From: Vicugna vicugna
Lineage: Eukaryota
DNA: 64,000 bases
Reading direction: 5' to 3'
Assembly: GCA_013265495.1 (NCBI GenBank)
Contig: MU058423.1
Span: 8,541,627-8,605,626 of the forward strand
Each line of letters begins with the position of its first letter. Position 1 is the first letter of the stretch. The notes beneath the pieces were generated by a model. The model made no database searches, was not told where the DNA came from, and saw only the letters and a list, made by a program, of their open reading frames with translations. Shown one piece after another: positions 1 to 14,677 of the stretch. Both the position numbers and the translations under genes were made by a program.

Positions 1-835
1 AATTTTAAATAATCTGCATGTTTAAAATGTCTATCCTATTTTTTAGCAAAAAACTTTAAAATCTACATTTATGACTAATTTATAAGATTATAATTTCATT
101 GCAATTTATCAAGTCTATTCTATTCAACCACAAGCTATAAAAATCAGTCTGCCCTCTAGGAGGTCTTTATTATCATTACAAAGATAGCTTTACTAACAGT
201 AAAATCATATGGATAACTTAACAAAATCAGTCCAATCAAGATATATCTATATAAATAGTTCTAGATTGTGAAATAAAGGTGCATATTGTTCATTATTTTG
301 ATAAAAATTTAAATAATAATAAACTGACATAAATTTAAGAGATAATAACTATACACTAGTTCAGAAAATATTTATTAAGAATTTATATACACCCACTTGC
401 ACACTTTTACATACACACTGGTACTATGATAGATGATTGAGAGCCAAAGAGCTAAGATCCTTCCTCAAGAATTTATAATTTAGATAGGGAAACAGAAGTA
501 AATATACTTCGGTAAGCATTGTTACAAGACTTCGGCAATGATAATGTGACTTTATAAATTAAAAATAGTTCTAGAAGAGACTTTAACATTCTTTTACATT
601 TCACACTGTAAAAATACAGGTGTCAAAGGGATAACATTCTAACATTAATACATTTTATATTTCTAGTGTTCTACTCTACAGATACAGTGTTGGATTTGAG
701 AAAATTGCTACTGATTTGATTTACAGACCAAAAAAAGATTACTAAATATCTAAAAGAAATATCAAAACTTAGGTAAAACACAGGGAAAAATAGGAAGATG
801 AAAAGAAATAAGTCTATGCAAAAATCTGTTAAAGA

Positions 836-1519
836 CCAAAAAAAAAAAAAAAAAACTAGAAAAAAAAATTTTAAAAACCAAAAAAAAAAAAAAAAAACTA
901 GAAAAAAAAATTTTAAAAACCAAAAAAAAAAAAAAAAAACTAGAAAAAAAAATTTTAAAAACCAAAAAAAAAAAAAAAAAACTAGAAAAAAAAATTTTAA
1001 AAACCAAAAAAAAAAAAAAAAAACTAGAAAAAAAAATTTTAAAAACCAAAAAAAAAAAAAAAAAACTAGAAAAAAAAATTTTAAAAACCAAAAAAAAAAA
1101 AAAAAAACTAGAAAAAAAAATTTTAAAAACCAAAAAAAAAAAAAAAAAACTAGAAAAAAAAATTTTAAAAACCAAAAAAAAAAAAAAAAAACTAGAAAAA
1201 AAAATTTTAAAAACCAAAAAAAAAAAAAAAAAACTAGAAAAAAAAATTTTAAAAACCAAAAAAAAAAAAAAAAAACTAGAAAAAAAAATTTTAAAAACCA
1301 AAAAAAAAAAAAAAAAACTAGAAAAAAAAATTTTAAAAACCAAAAAAAAAAAAAAAAAACTAGAAAAAAAAATTTTAAAAACCAAAAAAAAAAAAAAAAA
1401 ACTAGAAAAAAAAATTTTAAAAACCAAAAAAAAAAAAAAAAAAATTTTTTAAAAACCAAAAAAAAAAAAAAAAAAATATATCAAAAATTTTTTAAAAAAC
1501 AAAAAAAAAAAAAAAAAAA
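836..1519. repeat. A-rich tandem array: 14 identical 42-bp units (CC A18 CTAG A9 T4 A5; 836-1423) plus about 2 degenerate units
   Basis: CTAG recurs every 42 nt from 856 to 1402. Confidence 0.95.
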
Positions 1520-1610
1520 CCTCCACCATAATAATAGTTTAGATCTGTAATTTAAGTAGCATATTTATCACCTCTCGGTTTAATCCTTGAGAGGAAAACA
1601 CCAGCACTTA

Positions 1611-1805
<195 letters not shown>

Positions 1806-3149
1806 TTACTTAAAACTATATTCTTGATTTTATATATACAAAACTACATACCAATTTGAAAATCAGAATGCAGATTCACTGTTTAGTAAAGAAGTAAAAG
1901 TAGCTTTGGGAATCGAAATAGTCTTTTCTTTTTAAAAAATACCGAGGGTTAAAATATTTGACTCATAAATTACATTTGCCCTTAAGGACCCTTAATAATT
2001 TGCTATAATATAAAAGAAGTAGAGATATAAATTGATTTAAAAAATGTTTGTGTGCATTCATCTCTGGTTAAGAGTCCAAAAGCTAATAACTTGTTAGGAG
2101 AAAACTGCATTAGACTGAAAGAATCAGTCAAGAAAACATTGTTCATAATTACAAACATGTACACACAGAGCCCTCTGCTGGTAATTGAAATTACTACCAT
2201 TTGAGACTAGAATTTCCTATGGACCTCAACTCTACTAATCCTGATAAACTTGATTATCCTAAAGGGATTGTTACCTATAGTTACATGCTAAACTCTAACC
2301 TGATATAAAAGAAAATAGAAATGGGAATATTTTAAAGTAGATGTAAATATATTTTTAGCCTTTGATAATTAAATATTGAAATGGTAGGACACTGAAGTTC
2401 TTTCTAACTGCCCAAGAACCTAGTCCCAGGAACTTACCTGATCTTTCAGCTATCTATCGGGCTCTTCAGCCACCATGGATTGATGGACACTCAGAAAAAA
2501 CAAACTAATTTTCACAATAGCTCGTATAAAAGATAACCAGGAAGGTAAATCTAACCTCCCATCCTTCAACCTGTGATGATTTCCAGAACTAAAAAAAAAA
2601 TTCCTATCATCAAGGCTGCATTCACAGCACTGAATGTAGATGCATTACATACGTATGATTACAAGCTATTTCAGCAAATGCTGTCCTAAAACCATTCCAC
2701 ATATTTCACAAATGGAAAACTAGTGACTAGAAGACACACTTAAGCCCCCTGAAATAAGCTCCTCGGTGTGCAGGAACATACTCACAGTGAAAAAGTAAAA
2801 AGCAAGAGCTGTATCAAGAAATAGGGGAGAAAGTAAGTGAAGGAGAGAGTGGAACACCAGCTAGTGAGGAAGTCAGACTGAAGTCAAAAGTTAATAAAGG
2901 CAGGACGACAGGGAGCTGGGACTCAGGGAACTTTGACAACGAAGTCGAAATGGAAATCCAGGGCCGAAGATCGGTTCACATTCCACAAAAGAAACTACCA
3001 AAGTTCACAGACAAGACTGATTTTCTCTGGCTTGTAAAATTTTGTAATATATCATTTTATATAATATATAGGCTCCTGTTTAGGTGTCATCATTTGATGC
3101 CTCTGGATATGAGACAGATCTCATTTTGTATTACATTTTTAAGAATATA

Positions 3150-3375
3150 ATGGACTTTACTTTTGAGAGCAGTTTTAGGTTCACAGCAAAATAAGTGGAA
3201 GGTGCAGAGAGTTTCCTTATACCCATGGTCCCAACTCACGCATAGCCTCCCTCATTGTCAATATCCTCCACCAGTGTAGTGTGTTTGTTACAACTGACAC
3301 ATCATTATGACCCAAAGACCATAGTTCATATTAGGGTTCACTCTTCGTGTTGTATATTCTTTGGGTTTGGATGCA
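3150..3375 (-). mobile_element. Old L1 3'-end fragment (L1MC/L1MD-like)
   Basis: GAGCAGTTTTAGGTTCACAGCAAAA...TTAGGGTTCACTCTT resembles recalled L1M 3' UTR consensus. Confidence 0.6.
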
Positions 3376-3752
3376 TTACATTTTTAGCACTAAAATTTTT
3401 TACAACACAAATACATATTAAATATTATTCTTTGAAAGAATATTTAATAATCTCACAGAAGCAAATGTACTATTATTGATGTTACTATAGTCACTGGCAT
3501 GGGTATTGCTTATATTTAAGCAGTATAGTTTCTGAATATTTTAATCTTCTTATTAAATCTGAGAAAACAGCAAAGTGACAAAGGAATATCTGCTAAAATA
3601 CCTAATAGTATATATTTAAAAATCAACTAGGAAGGCTAACATTTTAAACACAAATCCTACAGTATGTGTTTTTCTTAAAGGAAGACTTCAGATAGCTCAA
3701 AACTATGAAGCCAGTTTCATAAAACTGAGAAATACACAAATTGCCATCATAC

Positions 3753-3803
3753 CTTGTAAAATCTGTCTGCTGGGTCCTGCTGTTTCTTTTAAGGAAGGGC
3801 CAT
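3753..3803 (-). CDS. SLC30A7: ZnT7 coding exon 7 (51 nt)
   Basis: Acceptor CTACAG, donor GTATGA; encodes (D)GPSLKETAGPSRQILQ; phases fit exons 6 and 8. Confidence 0.95.
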
Positions 3804-6800
3804 CTGTAGAGAGTTAAGTTAAATTATTTTAAAATACATCTTCAATTCCTGATTCAATTTTTGCAATTCAGAGTACTTTTCGTTCAAATGTATTGTGAAG
3901 GACGCTTGACTACATGGCCACATCAGACTTACAAAATTATTTTTAAATTTTAATATAGTAATTGAATGGAGACAGACATAGGAAATCTCAAAATGTGTCA
4001 ACAGTACAGAGTATTTAGGAAATTATTACATTAAGCAATCTGGTAAAAAAGAAAAACAAAGTAAATTAAAAATACTGGTCTTCTAATATTCATAACATAC
4101 CTTACAGAACTTGCTACACCAATTCTACAGTTAGAAAATCCAGAAAAAACAAAGCTACTGCTTGATATCCTAAGAAGACCAAGAAATGAAGCCAGGACCG
4201 CATCCAGAAAAACTGGACTCCGGCAAACAGCAGTTTTCCAGTAGCTTCCAGATGAATGTGGCAAGCTTTTCATACAGAAAAGGTAAGAATGCTTTTTCAT
4301 TTTGCCTTTATGATGAAGAAATGAAAAAAATACTGCGATTTCTTTTCTTAAATACTTGGAAGATGACTCATCAACTTTAACATAATATCAAAGCAGAAGA
4401 TACAGGTAAACAATGCAAATTATCAGCAATATTTGTTCAAAGGGATCATCAGGAGGACTGACGAGCTTTCTGATCACAACTCAGAGTCATGGTTCTTGGC
4501 CCACAGCGCCAAAGAGCTGACAAACCCTTATTACCACAGCTGTGGCAGGGCAGTGTAACGATCCCAGGAGAAGCATAAAAGCATAAGGCTGCGCAGTGAT
4601 TTCTGCCTGATCACGGCACTGCTATGTGGGGGAAAAGATGCAGCTATCTTGGAAATCCTGCTGAAAGTCAAAAATGTAACTGTTCTAAAAACCTAGCTCC
4701 TTATCAAGGCACCAGATTTCTGTCTATACATAGTTGGTCTAAAGAAGTCACTTTGACATAATTATTTTGAAAGGTGTATTCCCCTATACTAATGGAAAAG
4801 TTATATAAAACAACGTAACTCCAATCTATGTTAAAATTGAAAGTTCTTCTGGATGTAAAATTTGTTGTCTGCGGCAGGCACTGTCTGCCTTCTTAGCAAA
4901 CCCATTTCTTCTTCTTCTTTGGTAAACAACGTAACTAGATTTCCTAGGCTTCCGTTAGGAGGTGTATGTGACTGAGTTGCAAACAAAGAAATATGAGATG
5001 TAAACCTTTTTCCAGGCTCAGCCCATAAGAATGTCCCAAATGATGCTCTACGCACTCTATCTCCAGCTAGATGCAGAGAATCCAGTGATGGATCCCAAGA
5101 ATCCTACAGATGGAAAGACCCTGGATCCTGGAGTTGCCACGAGGAACAGAGCCCCCACCCTCCACCCTATCAACCCAAGATATAAACCTTTACTGCTTAA
5201 GTCACTGAGATATGAGCAGTTAAAACAAACAAACAAAATAAACCAGTTGGCTTTACTCACAGTGCAGCATTCCAATAAAATGAAGCTCACAGTATTTCCC
5301 AGTAAGACTATAATGTATCTTATGGGCAAAATGGAATCATGGTCCTATTATTTTTGTATTCCTCAGACTGGCTTATGTAATACAGAATAATACAAAGCTG
5401 AAGGTGGAATAACAGTTAACAGTAGATTTTGGAGTCAGAGTCCCTGTTTGAAGCGTGGCATTTCTATTTACTAGTTCCTATGATCTCTTTGTGTTCTGAT
5501 GTCATGCCAAGTCTTCTTTCCCACTTACCCTTCTCCCCCTTGACCATAAAAGGGCTATTTTTCACCTATCTAAAAGCTTACTACAGTGCATTGCACAGGG
5601 TACTAGAAATATCCTAGGGCAAAAAACAAGGGGTCAATTGCAAATGTTGGTGATAATGACTCTAATGACTGATTAGCAAATCTTTTGGTAAGCAACATGG
5701 TTTTCAATTCTTTGCTCTTAATAAAATGTAGGGACTAGCTAATGAAACTGCCAATTAACAGATCATCAAAAATATTTATGTATGTAATTTTTAGAATGTA
5801 ATTCTGAAGGTGTTCAAAGAATTGACTGAAATGGCTATAACAAAATTCCTTATATTTTAGGTTTCTTAGTACTTGTAAAAATGAAAAATAGGAACAGAAT
5901 TAACGCCAAAGTCTGTTTTATGCAAATCATGTTATTTATACATAAACTAATTGAGAAAAATCCAATCATCTCATCAAGATATTTCAAATAAAATATTGCT
6001 TTTTATTATTATATATGTATCAAACCTAAAAATAGAATTATTTTGATTATCTTTATACTAGTGAAAGTTAGAATAACTCCAGCTGAAAGAAATGTTTAAA
6101 TGCTAAGTCTTATGTTCCCAGGAAATAAAAGGTTTTAATGTATATACATATTTCATTGTCAAGAAACATAACAGATGATCAATTAAAGACTTAACACAAA
6201 TATACTCCACTTTATAAAATTCTGGAAAGGAAGCAGAATAGAAATAAGAATTCAAGGAGAAAGAGAATGCTGTAAAATTAATAACTGTTCACATAGTTTT
6301 GAATGGGTGATAATGGGTCTCAAATCACTAAGGTATTTATAGAGTCCATTAAATATATTTGATAGAGTAATATAGAAATTTCATTCTGAAATATCTATAA
6401 GGTATCAGAAATTATATTCTCTGTAATTATTTAAACAATTTTTTTTAGAAATTATCTTAAAAACATGAGACATACATAGTTTTTCAAAATCATTTTGGGA
6501 TGAATGTGAGCAAAAAACTTAGAAAAGCAACGTTTTAAAGCATTTTAACTGGTGTAACAGTTACAAAAATATAGTAAACTTTAGAGACTGAGAAAACTAG
6601 GGGCTTAATGCTCAATCTCTAAGGCCCCTTTCATATTTTCAAGTCTAAAGCTTCAGGATTCTGTCTATATGGCGAGTAAAGACAATGTTTAAGCACGTAA
6701 TTTATCTAAAGTTAATCAAACTGTATTAGAGCAGTTTCTATTAATCTCTCCTCTAAAATTTCATAAATATATTATTTAAATATAATTTTTAAATAAAATG

Positions 6801-7291
6801 TTAATTAAGTTGATAAATACCTCACAACTTAGTACCCAATGCTATGTAAGTCAGCATATAAAGATTTCTAAGAGAACATGGAGGTAAATATCAGGTGATA
6901 TCTACTGAAGTTACAATAAAAATGTGAAAAATTGAAAACCTCTGTCATATTTTTATAAGACTATATATGGCACAAAAGTCCTCATCATACTTTAAAAAAA
7001 ACCATGATTTTTATTTGCTAATGCAATTGTTCCTCATTCACTGACATTCATTTAAAATAGTGGCATTTTATATGATATACTCACTGAAAAAAGCTACAAC
7101 CACTGCCTTATATCAAGTTAATTTTGTTATATTCTAAAAATGAACTAGCCCTGGGAACCATTTAGTCTGATTCAGTAGAAAGGAGGTTGAATGCAACATT
7201 TTTAACAGACTGTTTCAACTAGGAAAATTAATCTACACAATTTTTTTTTATTTGGAAAGCTGTCATTTGAAAGTGCTTAGGCTGTACTCAC

Positions 7292-7435
7292 CATGAGAAT
7301 GAAAGTGTCCATGTCCGTGACCGTGATCATGGCTGTGTGCAGCACCATGTTTTAATTCATGACTATGGCAATGATCTCCATGGCCATAGGCCTGATCCAG
7401 AGCACCGTTAAAGAGGGAATGACTATGTCCATGGC
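7292..7435 (-). CDS. SLC30A7: ZnT7 coding exon 6 (144 nt), His-rich loop
   Basis: Acceptor TTTTTAG, donor GTGAGT; encodes HGHSHSLFNGALDQAYGHGDHCHSHELKHGAAHSHDHGHGHGHFHSH (within ORF 7263..7445). Confidence 0.97.
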
Positions 7436-8169
7436 CTAAAAACAAAGAGTGTTAGAACAAAAGGTACGTAAAAATATATTATTTAATGGTTACAATAATA
7501 CTGATATTAGTAAAAAGAATTAGCTCTAAAACCAGATTCAATTGAGTAAACACTTAATTGTAACAAGTACTATAAATTCATTAAAACAATACTGAGTTCC
7601 TAGTATAGAGTACATGAAGGAAACGAAAGCATGGCAGGAAGTAGTAGACTTTCCTGGGGATGAAAATAAGTGAAAAGTATACAAAAATATTTAGAGATTA
7701 GATAATGTTGTTCATTCAAGAAGTTCTTATTTGGAACACAGTATGCTACAGCAGCATTCTAGGCACTGGGGATAAAGCAGTGAATAACACAGACAAAAAT
7801 CTTGGCCAGAACTTTGCCAAATACTATTACTCACACTAACAAAGATGAAATAATGTATGCATATAGTCACATTAAGGCAGAGGGAGGGAAGTGGCTGCAT
7901 TTGCTAAAAGGATCAGTAAAATTAATACCAAAGCATACAGAATCCTTAGGGGAAAAAAGTATAAAATAGTGCAAAATCCTCTCTCCATAGCAGACCTAAA
8001 TAACTACTAAACCATTAAGGAAACATCTAAAAACGATTCCAAAGCACAAAAAAAAAAAAAAAAAGACTGGACGCTACTAATTCAAAAATTACTGCTTATA
8101 TTTACAAAAATCCTAAATACCAGGAAATCAAATTCAGCATTAATGCATTATATGAAAAATCATGAATAA

Positions 8170-11100
8170 TGGGGAGATCAACTTCCAGAATGGTGGATGG
8201 GAATGTTGGCAAACTAGCTCTCCTAAAACAACAAAAATATGGGGAACTAAAAAATTTCAGAACTCTGGCACTTAACCAAAACCACAAAACAAACTGAAAA
8301 TCATCTACCCAAGAAACCACCAAATCTTAGTAAGACAGCAAGGTCTTGATGTTTTAACATGGGGGTATTCCGACCTCCTGCCTTAGCTCATCTGAAATTA
8401 GTCAAAAGCCAGCAACATTGCAGACAATGGAGAGATTTGATTTCTTCTGAAGCTCTGTTAAAAGCATCACTTGACTGCACAATCAATATTTTGTCCAAAC
8501 TTGCAGTTCCCTGGAAAAAATTCTATTCTCAATTTGGTGAATATCAGACCCAGAGCTCAGCTCTCAGAACTCAATAGCCACACACTGCAGGAAATGAATT
8601 AGTTCAAGATAGTCACACAGCAGGAAAAAAAGCAATAATATAAAGAACAACAAACTTGGAGAGGAGAGGGTGAAGTAATCTGATACCAGAGTTGTTTTAA
8701 TATAAAATGTCCAGTTTTCAACAAAAAATTATAAGACTTGCAAAGAAGGAGGAATGTATGCCACACATACAGGAAAAATAAAAAATAAGCCAACAGAAAA
8801 TGTTCCAGAAAGGGACTCAGATTTTGGGCTTAATAGATAAAAACTTTACATCAGCTATTATAAATATGGTCAAAGAACTAATGGAAACCATGTCTAAAGA
8901 ATGAAAGTATAACAATGGCTCACCAAACACAGAACATTAATAAAGAGATAGAGATGATAAAAAAAGAACCAAACAGAAATTTTGCAGGTAAAAAAATACA
9001 ACTAAAATAAAATACTTTAGAAGGGCCCAACCACAGATGTGGGTGGCAAAAACAGCAAACTTGAAGACTGATCAAGAGAGATGATCCACTCTGAGAAGCA
9101 GGAAAAAAGAAAATTAAGAAAAATGAACAGAGCTTTGGAGACCTGTGTAAACATCAAGGATATCAAATTAAGTATAACAGGAGTCTCAAAAAGAGAAGAG
9201 AAAGAAAAAATATCTTAAGATATGTCTGGAAACTCTCCAAATTTGATGAAAAATATTAATCTACACATTCAAGAAGCTCAGAAAGCTCCAAGTAGAATAA
9301 ACAGAGCCACATCTAGAGACATCACAATCAAATTGATGAATATCAGAGAAAATCTTGAAGGCTGTATAACAAGATAAAAATGACTTATCAGGACAAGGGA
9401 ACTTGAATGAGATTAAATGCAGACTTCACCACAAAAACCATGGAGGCCAAAGGACAATGGGATGACAAAATCAAAATAGAAAAAGACTCAACCAAGAATT
9501 CTAAATTCAACTAAAGTCTCCTTTAAACATAAAGGAAAAATAAGACACTTCCACATAAACAAAAGCATTCTTCACAAGCGAAACGAAAAGATACTAAATA
9601 GTAACTCAAATCCACACAAAGAAATAAACAGCACCAGTGAAGGTAATTATGAAAGAGAATAACTGTATTTTTAAATTTATAACTTGTTTCTTCTCCTATA
9701 CCTTTTAGAAGACAACTCCATAAAGCAACATTATAAAACTGTATTGATGGACTTATAAAAACGTGTAATTTTTCTGACAATAATCATTCAAAGAAGGAGG
9801 TGGGAATGGAAGTATATTAAAACAAAGTTTTTGTATATTATTAAATTATTATTAATCTGAACTAGATAGTTTTAAGTTAAGATGCTACTTATAATGCCCA
9901 CAGGAACAATTAAGAAAATAACTTAAAAATGTACAGAAAAAAAAACAAGAGAATTAAAGAGGTGCGCTAGAAAATATCTATATAAAAGACAAGAATTGAG
10001 AAATGGAGTATCAAAAAGGACAGAAGATATAGACAACAAATATTAACATAGTAGATGTAAATCCTACCCTAGTAGTAATTATATGAAATGTAAATTATTT
10101 AAGCATCTCAATGAAAAGACAGAGATTATATAAGTGGATTAAAAAATATATAGTATAGCTATATTCTGTCATATTCTGTCTAGAAGAGGTAAACTTTAGA
10201 TTCAAAGACACAAAGAGGTTGCAAGTAAAAAGACAGAAAGAAAAATATACTATGCAAGCAGTAAAAAGAGAGAGAGAGTGCATGAGCAAGCGAGTTGGAA
10301 TGGCTATCATAATACTCTAAGCCAAAAATTATTGTGAGTGAAAAAGAACATCTTATAATAACAGGTTCAATCCCTCAGGAAGATATAACAACTATAAAAA
10401 TACATGCATGAACAACATAGCTCCAAAATACATAAAGCAAAACCTAGAACAATTAAATGTAAAAATAAACAACCTTACTTTCAATAATGGATAGACAACT
10501 AGGCAGAAGGTCAACAAGGAAACAGAAGATTGAATAACTATGAACAAATTAGACCTAACAGACATCTACAGAACACTCTACCGAACAAAAGCAGAATACA
10601 TATTCTTCTCACAGGCACATGGAAGATTCTCCAGAATAGACCAAATGCAACAGCATAAAACAAGACTGAATAAATTTTTAAAAATTTGAAATAATTAAAA
10701 AATATGTCATTTGATCACAATGAAATTAAATCAGAAATTGACAACAGAAGAAAACTAGGGAAATTCACAAATATGGGAAAATCAAAAACACATTCCTAAA
10801 TAACTAATGGGTCAAAGAAGAAATCACAAGGGAAATTTAAAAATACTTTGAGATTAACAAAATTGAAAACATGAAATACTCAGACTTACAGGTTACATTA
10901 TAGCAGTGCTGAGAAAGAATTTATAGCTGTTATGCCTATGCTAAAAAAGATCTAAAAAATAATATAAACTTTCACCTTAAGAAATTAGAAAAGGAAGGAA
11001 AAAAAAAACTAAACCCAAAGCAAGAAGAAAGTGCATAAGAAATGTTACAGCAGAAATAAAATGAAATAAAGGTGAGAAAAGCAATGGAGAAAACCAGTAA

Positions 11101-13110
11101 AACCAAAAGGGGGTTCTTTGAAAAAAAGACTGACCAAGAAAAAAAATGAAAGAAGGCAAAAATTACCAAAATCACTGCTGACCTCATGGAAATAAAACAA
11201 AAGAAATTTTAAAAAGGCATACTTTTTAATACATATCTATAAACAATCATAAGTCATTTAGATAAAATGGACAATTTTTAGAAATGTACAAAGTGCTGAA
11301 ACTGATTCAAGAGGAAACAAAAGTCAGAACAGATCTATAAAAAGCAAAAAAATTGAATTAATAATTTTAAAACTTCCAAAAATGAAAAGCCCAGGCTTCA
11401 CTAGTGAATTCTGCCAAATATTTAAAAAGTACCAGTACTTCAAAAATTCTTCCACTATTATGCCCCTAAAAAGATAGAAGAGAAGGGAACATTTCCCAGC
11501 TCATTATATAAGGCCAGTATAACCCTAATACCAACATCAGCCAAAGACATCAAAAGAAAACTACAAAACTATATCCCTTAAGAATAAAGACACAAAAGTC
11601 TTCAACAAAATAGTAGCAAACCAAATCCAGCAATATATCAAAAGGATTATGGCCATGGCCAAATGGGATTTATCCTAAGAATGCAAAGGTGATTTAATGT
11701 CTGAAAATCAAGCAATGTAATACACCGTATTAACAGAATAAAGATAAATAGAATAAAGGATAAAACCCAACTAATCATCTTAAAAATGAAGAAAAAAAAG
11801 TCATTAATAAAATCCAGTACCCTTTCATGATGAAAACACCCAGTAAACTAGGAACAGAAAAAAACTACCTCAATCTGATAAAGGGCATTTGTGGAAAACC
11901 TATAGCTAACACAGCTAATTTCATATCTAATGAAGAAAGATTGAATACTTTCACCTTCAAATCAGGAAAAAGAAAAGAATGTCCACTCTCACCATTTCTA
12001 TTTAACTATGTAAGGATCTGACCAGGGCAATTACGCAGGGGAGAAAAAAAAAAGGCATTTTGACTGGCATTCATCTGCACCTTCAGCAAGTCATAGTAGT
12101 CAAAGATCACTAATCAGAGATCATCATAATAGACATAATAATAATGGAAAAGTTTGATATATTGCAAGAATTACCAAAATGTGACACAGACACAAAGTGA
12201 GCAATGCTACTGGGAAAATGGCACCAACAGATTAGTTCAAGGCAAGGCTGCCACAAACCTTCAATTTGTAAAATATGCGAAAGCTGCAAAGAGCAATAAA
12301 ATATGGCATGTTTGTATTTAGAAAATTCTAAGGAACCCACTAAAAACCTATTAGAATAATGAACAATTTCAGCAACATGGCAGGACACAAGTTCAATATA
12401 CAAAAACGAGCTGTATCCCTATATACTAGCAATTAGCAATCCAAAAATGAAATTAAGAAAACAATCTCTCTTGTAATGGTAGCCAAAAAAAAAAAAAAAC
12501 CAAAAAAGATAAGAGTAATAAAAGAAGTGTAAGACATGTACACAAACAACTACAAAACATTGTTGCAAGAAACTAAAGACGCTAAAACTAAATGGAAAGG
12601 TATCTCATGTTCATGGATCAGGAGACTTGACATTGTTAAGATGACAATAATTCCCAAATTGATCTGCAAATTCAATACAATTCCTATCAAAATCTCAGAT
12701 GCTTTTTTTTTTGTAGAAATTGACAAACTGATGCTAAAATTTATATGGAAATGCAAGAAGGGACCCAGAATAGCCAAAACAACTTTAAAAAAGAATAAAG
12801 TTGGACAATTCACATATTCTGATTTCAAAATCTACCTCAAAGCTGCATTAATCAAGACTGCATGGTACTGGTAGAAGGAAGACATATAGATCCATGGAAC
12901 AAAATTGAGAGTCCAGAAACAGACTCTCTCGTTTATGGTCAACTGATTGTTGAGAAGACTGCCAAGACAATTCATTGGGAAAAATAAATCTTTTTCAACA
13001 AATACTGTTGAGACAACCAGGTTATTTATACATAAGAAAATGATACTGGACCCATACCTCATACTATACACAAAAATTGACTCCAAATGGACCACAAACC
13101 TAAATTTTAA
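8170..13110 (+). mobile_element. Large degraded LINE-1 (5' UTR, ORF1 and ORF2 remnants) in SLC30A7 intron 5
   Basis: A-rich + strand; ORF2-like peptides [35 protein letters not shown] (12536..12874), SGKRKECPLSPFLFN (11827..12021), LDPYLILYTKIDSKW. Confidence 0.9.
12085..12316 (-). mobile_element. Tigger1 (TcMar) terminal fragment inserted in the L1
   Basis: Reverse complement resembles the Tigger1 5' end (TTTACAAATTGAAGGTTTGTGGCA...GTGTCACATTTTGGTAATTCT); TIR-like end at 12314 followed by TA. Confidence 0.75.
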
Positions 13111-13119
13111 CCTCTTAAA

Positions 13120-14470
13120 TTTAAAGATGGTTCCTCATGAGAAAAATCTATCAATGTAATTACTAATTTTAAACTAAATAAAGCAGGAAAAAAACCATGA
13201 TTACTTCAATAGATGCAGGAAGAAAAGAATATCCTTAACTTGATAAAGTGGTTTTATCAGAAACAGACCATCAGACCCAATGGTAAAACTTAAGTAGCAT
13301 TCTTCAATATTGTGCTAGAGGTCCTGGCTATACAATTAAGACAAGCAGGAGTAACAGCTTTCATTCTCAACAGTAAGAAAAACTCTCAACTACCTAAAAA
13401 TGAACTAAATGAAAAATATAAAGATCTTTATTAAAGTATCTAAAACAATTTAATAAAGGCTATAAAATTTAACATGTCAGCTTCCACAATTAAACATAAA
13501 GATGATGCATTCCCAATCAAAATCCCAAAAATATTTTTTATAAAACTTGACTAACTGATGAAAAATACCAAATAAGCAAGATAGGTCCAAAAACTTTGGG
13601 GTGAAAAAGAGAGAGAGAGAAAGATGGGACTAACCCAACCAGATATTAAAACATAAAATTTACAGCAATTATTCCAGTGTGACAGTGGGGCAGCCAAAGA
13701 TAAACAGGCCAGATCTGATACATAAGGCACTTTAATATAGGGTAAAAGTATACTTTCATATTAATGAGGTAAAGAGCAGATTAATAAATGGTGCTTGGAA
13801 AACTGCTTTTTCACACTGAGAAAAAAAAAGTCCTAACTCACCCCACCACAAAAATGAATTACATACAGATGAAGGACCAAAGTACATGGGAAACAGACCA
13901 TAAAACCAAAATTTTCACAGTATTAAATTATAAGAGAATTTGTTTATAATTCAGGGATGGGAAACTCCTTAAACAAAGCAGACAACGTATCATAAAATAT
14001 GTAAGACAGAAAAACTAGACTATATCCAAATTAAAAACCTCTATGTAAAAGTTTCAAGACAAACAATAGACTGGAGAAAGATATTTGCAACACATAAAAC
14101 AAAAACTTAGTATACAAAATATATTTTAAAATGCTTATATAAATGGATTATAATAAGACAATAAACAGAAAAACAGGAAAAAAAAAAAAGGACAATTCCA
14201 GAAGAGGAAAAATCTGAGCAGCCTAAAAACATACAAAGATTTTCAACCTCACTACCAGTCAAAGAAATACTAAATAAAATGTGATACCATTTTTGTTAAA
14301 ATATCAGCAGAATGGTTTGAAACCCATAATATTATGTTTTGATATGGGCAAGAGAATATTGGTACTTGCATTTTTTGCTGGGGTAAATGTGAATGAGTCA
14401 TTTGGAGGGAAAACTGCTAACCTCTATTGAAACTAAAAACTACATATTCTGTGTTTCAGCAACTTTACTC
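13120..14470 (+). mobile_element. Older, highly degraded L1 ORF2/3' fragments
   Basis: L1-like motifs TCAATAGATGCAG, ATTCCCAATCAAAATCCCA, GACTGGAGAAAGATATTTGCAAC. Confidence 0.7.
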
Positions 14471-14494
14471 ATATTCCAGCTCACTGAAATTTAA

Positions 14495-14677
14495 AGAACT
14501 TCCTGTGATGATGGAAATCTATATTTGCTGACCAATACGGTAACCCTATGTGGCTACTGAACACTTGAAATGTCATTAGTGTAACTGAGGAACTGAATTT
14601 TTATTAAATTCAACTAACCATAATTTAAACTTAAATAGTCACATGTAATTAATGGCTACTGTAGAGGACAGAACAGT
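14495..14677 (+). mobile_element. MER3-like hAT-Charlie MITE
   Basis: GATGATGGAAAT...ATGTGGCTACTGAACACTTGAAATGT...ACTGAGGAACTGAATTTTT. Confidence 0.75.

Noticed and set aside
836..1423. Regularly spaced repeats resembling a CRISPR-like array
   Set aside because: No unique spacers, units are contiguous and identical, mammalian intron, no cas genes.
671..1550. Three long ORFs (262, 221 and 250 aa; poly-Phe or poly-Lys repeats)
   Set aside because: Pure by-product of a 42-bp unit (multiple of 3) lacking stops in those frames; intronic and probably artefactual.
11827..13159. ORFs with reverse-transcriptase-region similarity, suggesting an active or domesticated element
   Set aside because: Short fragments broken by stops, frameshifts and a Tigger insertion; a dead L1 ORF2.
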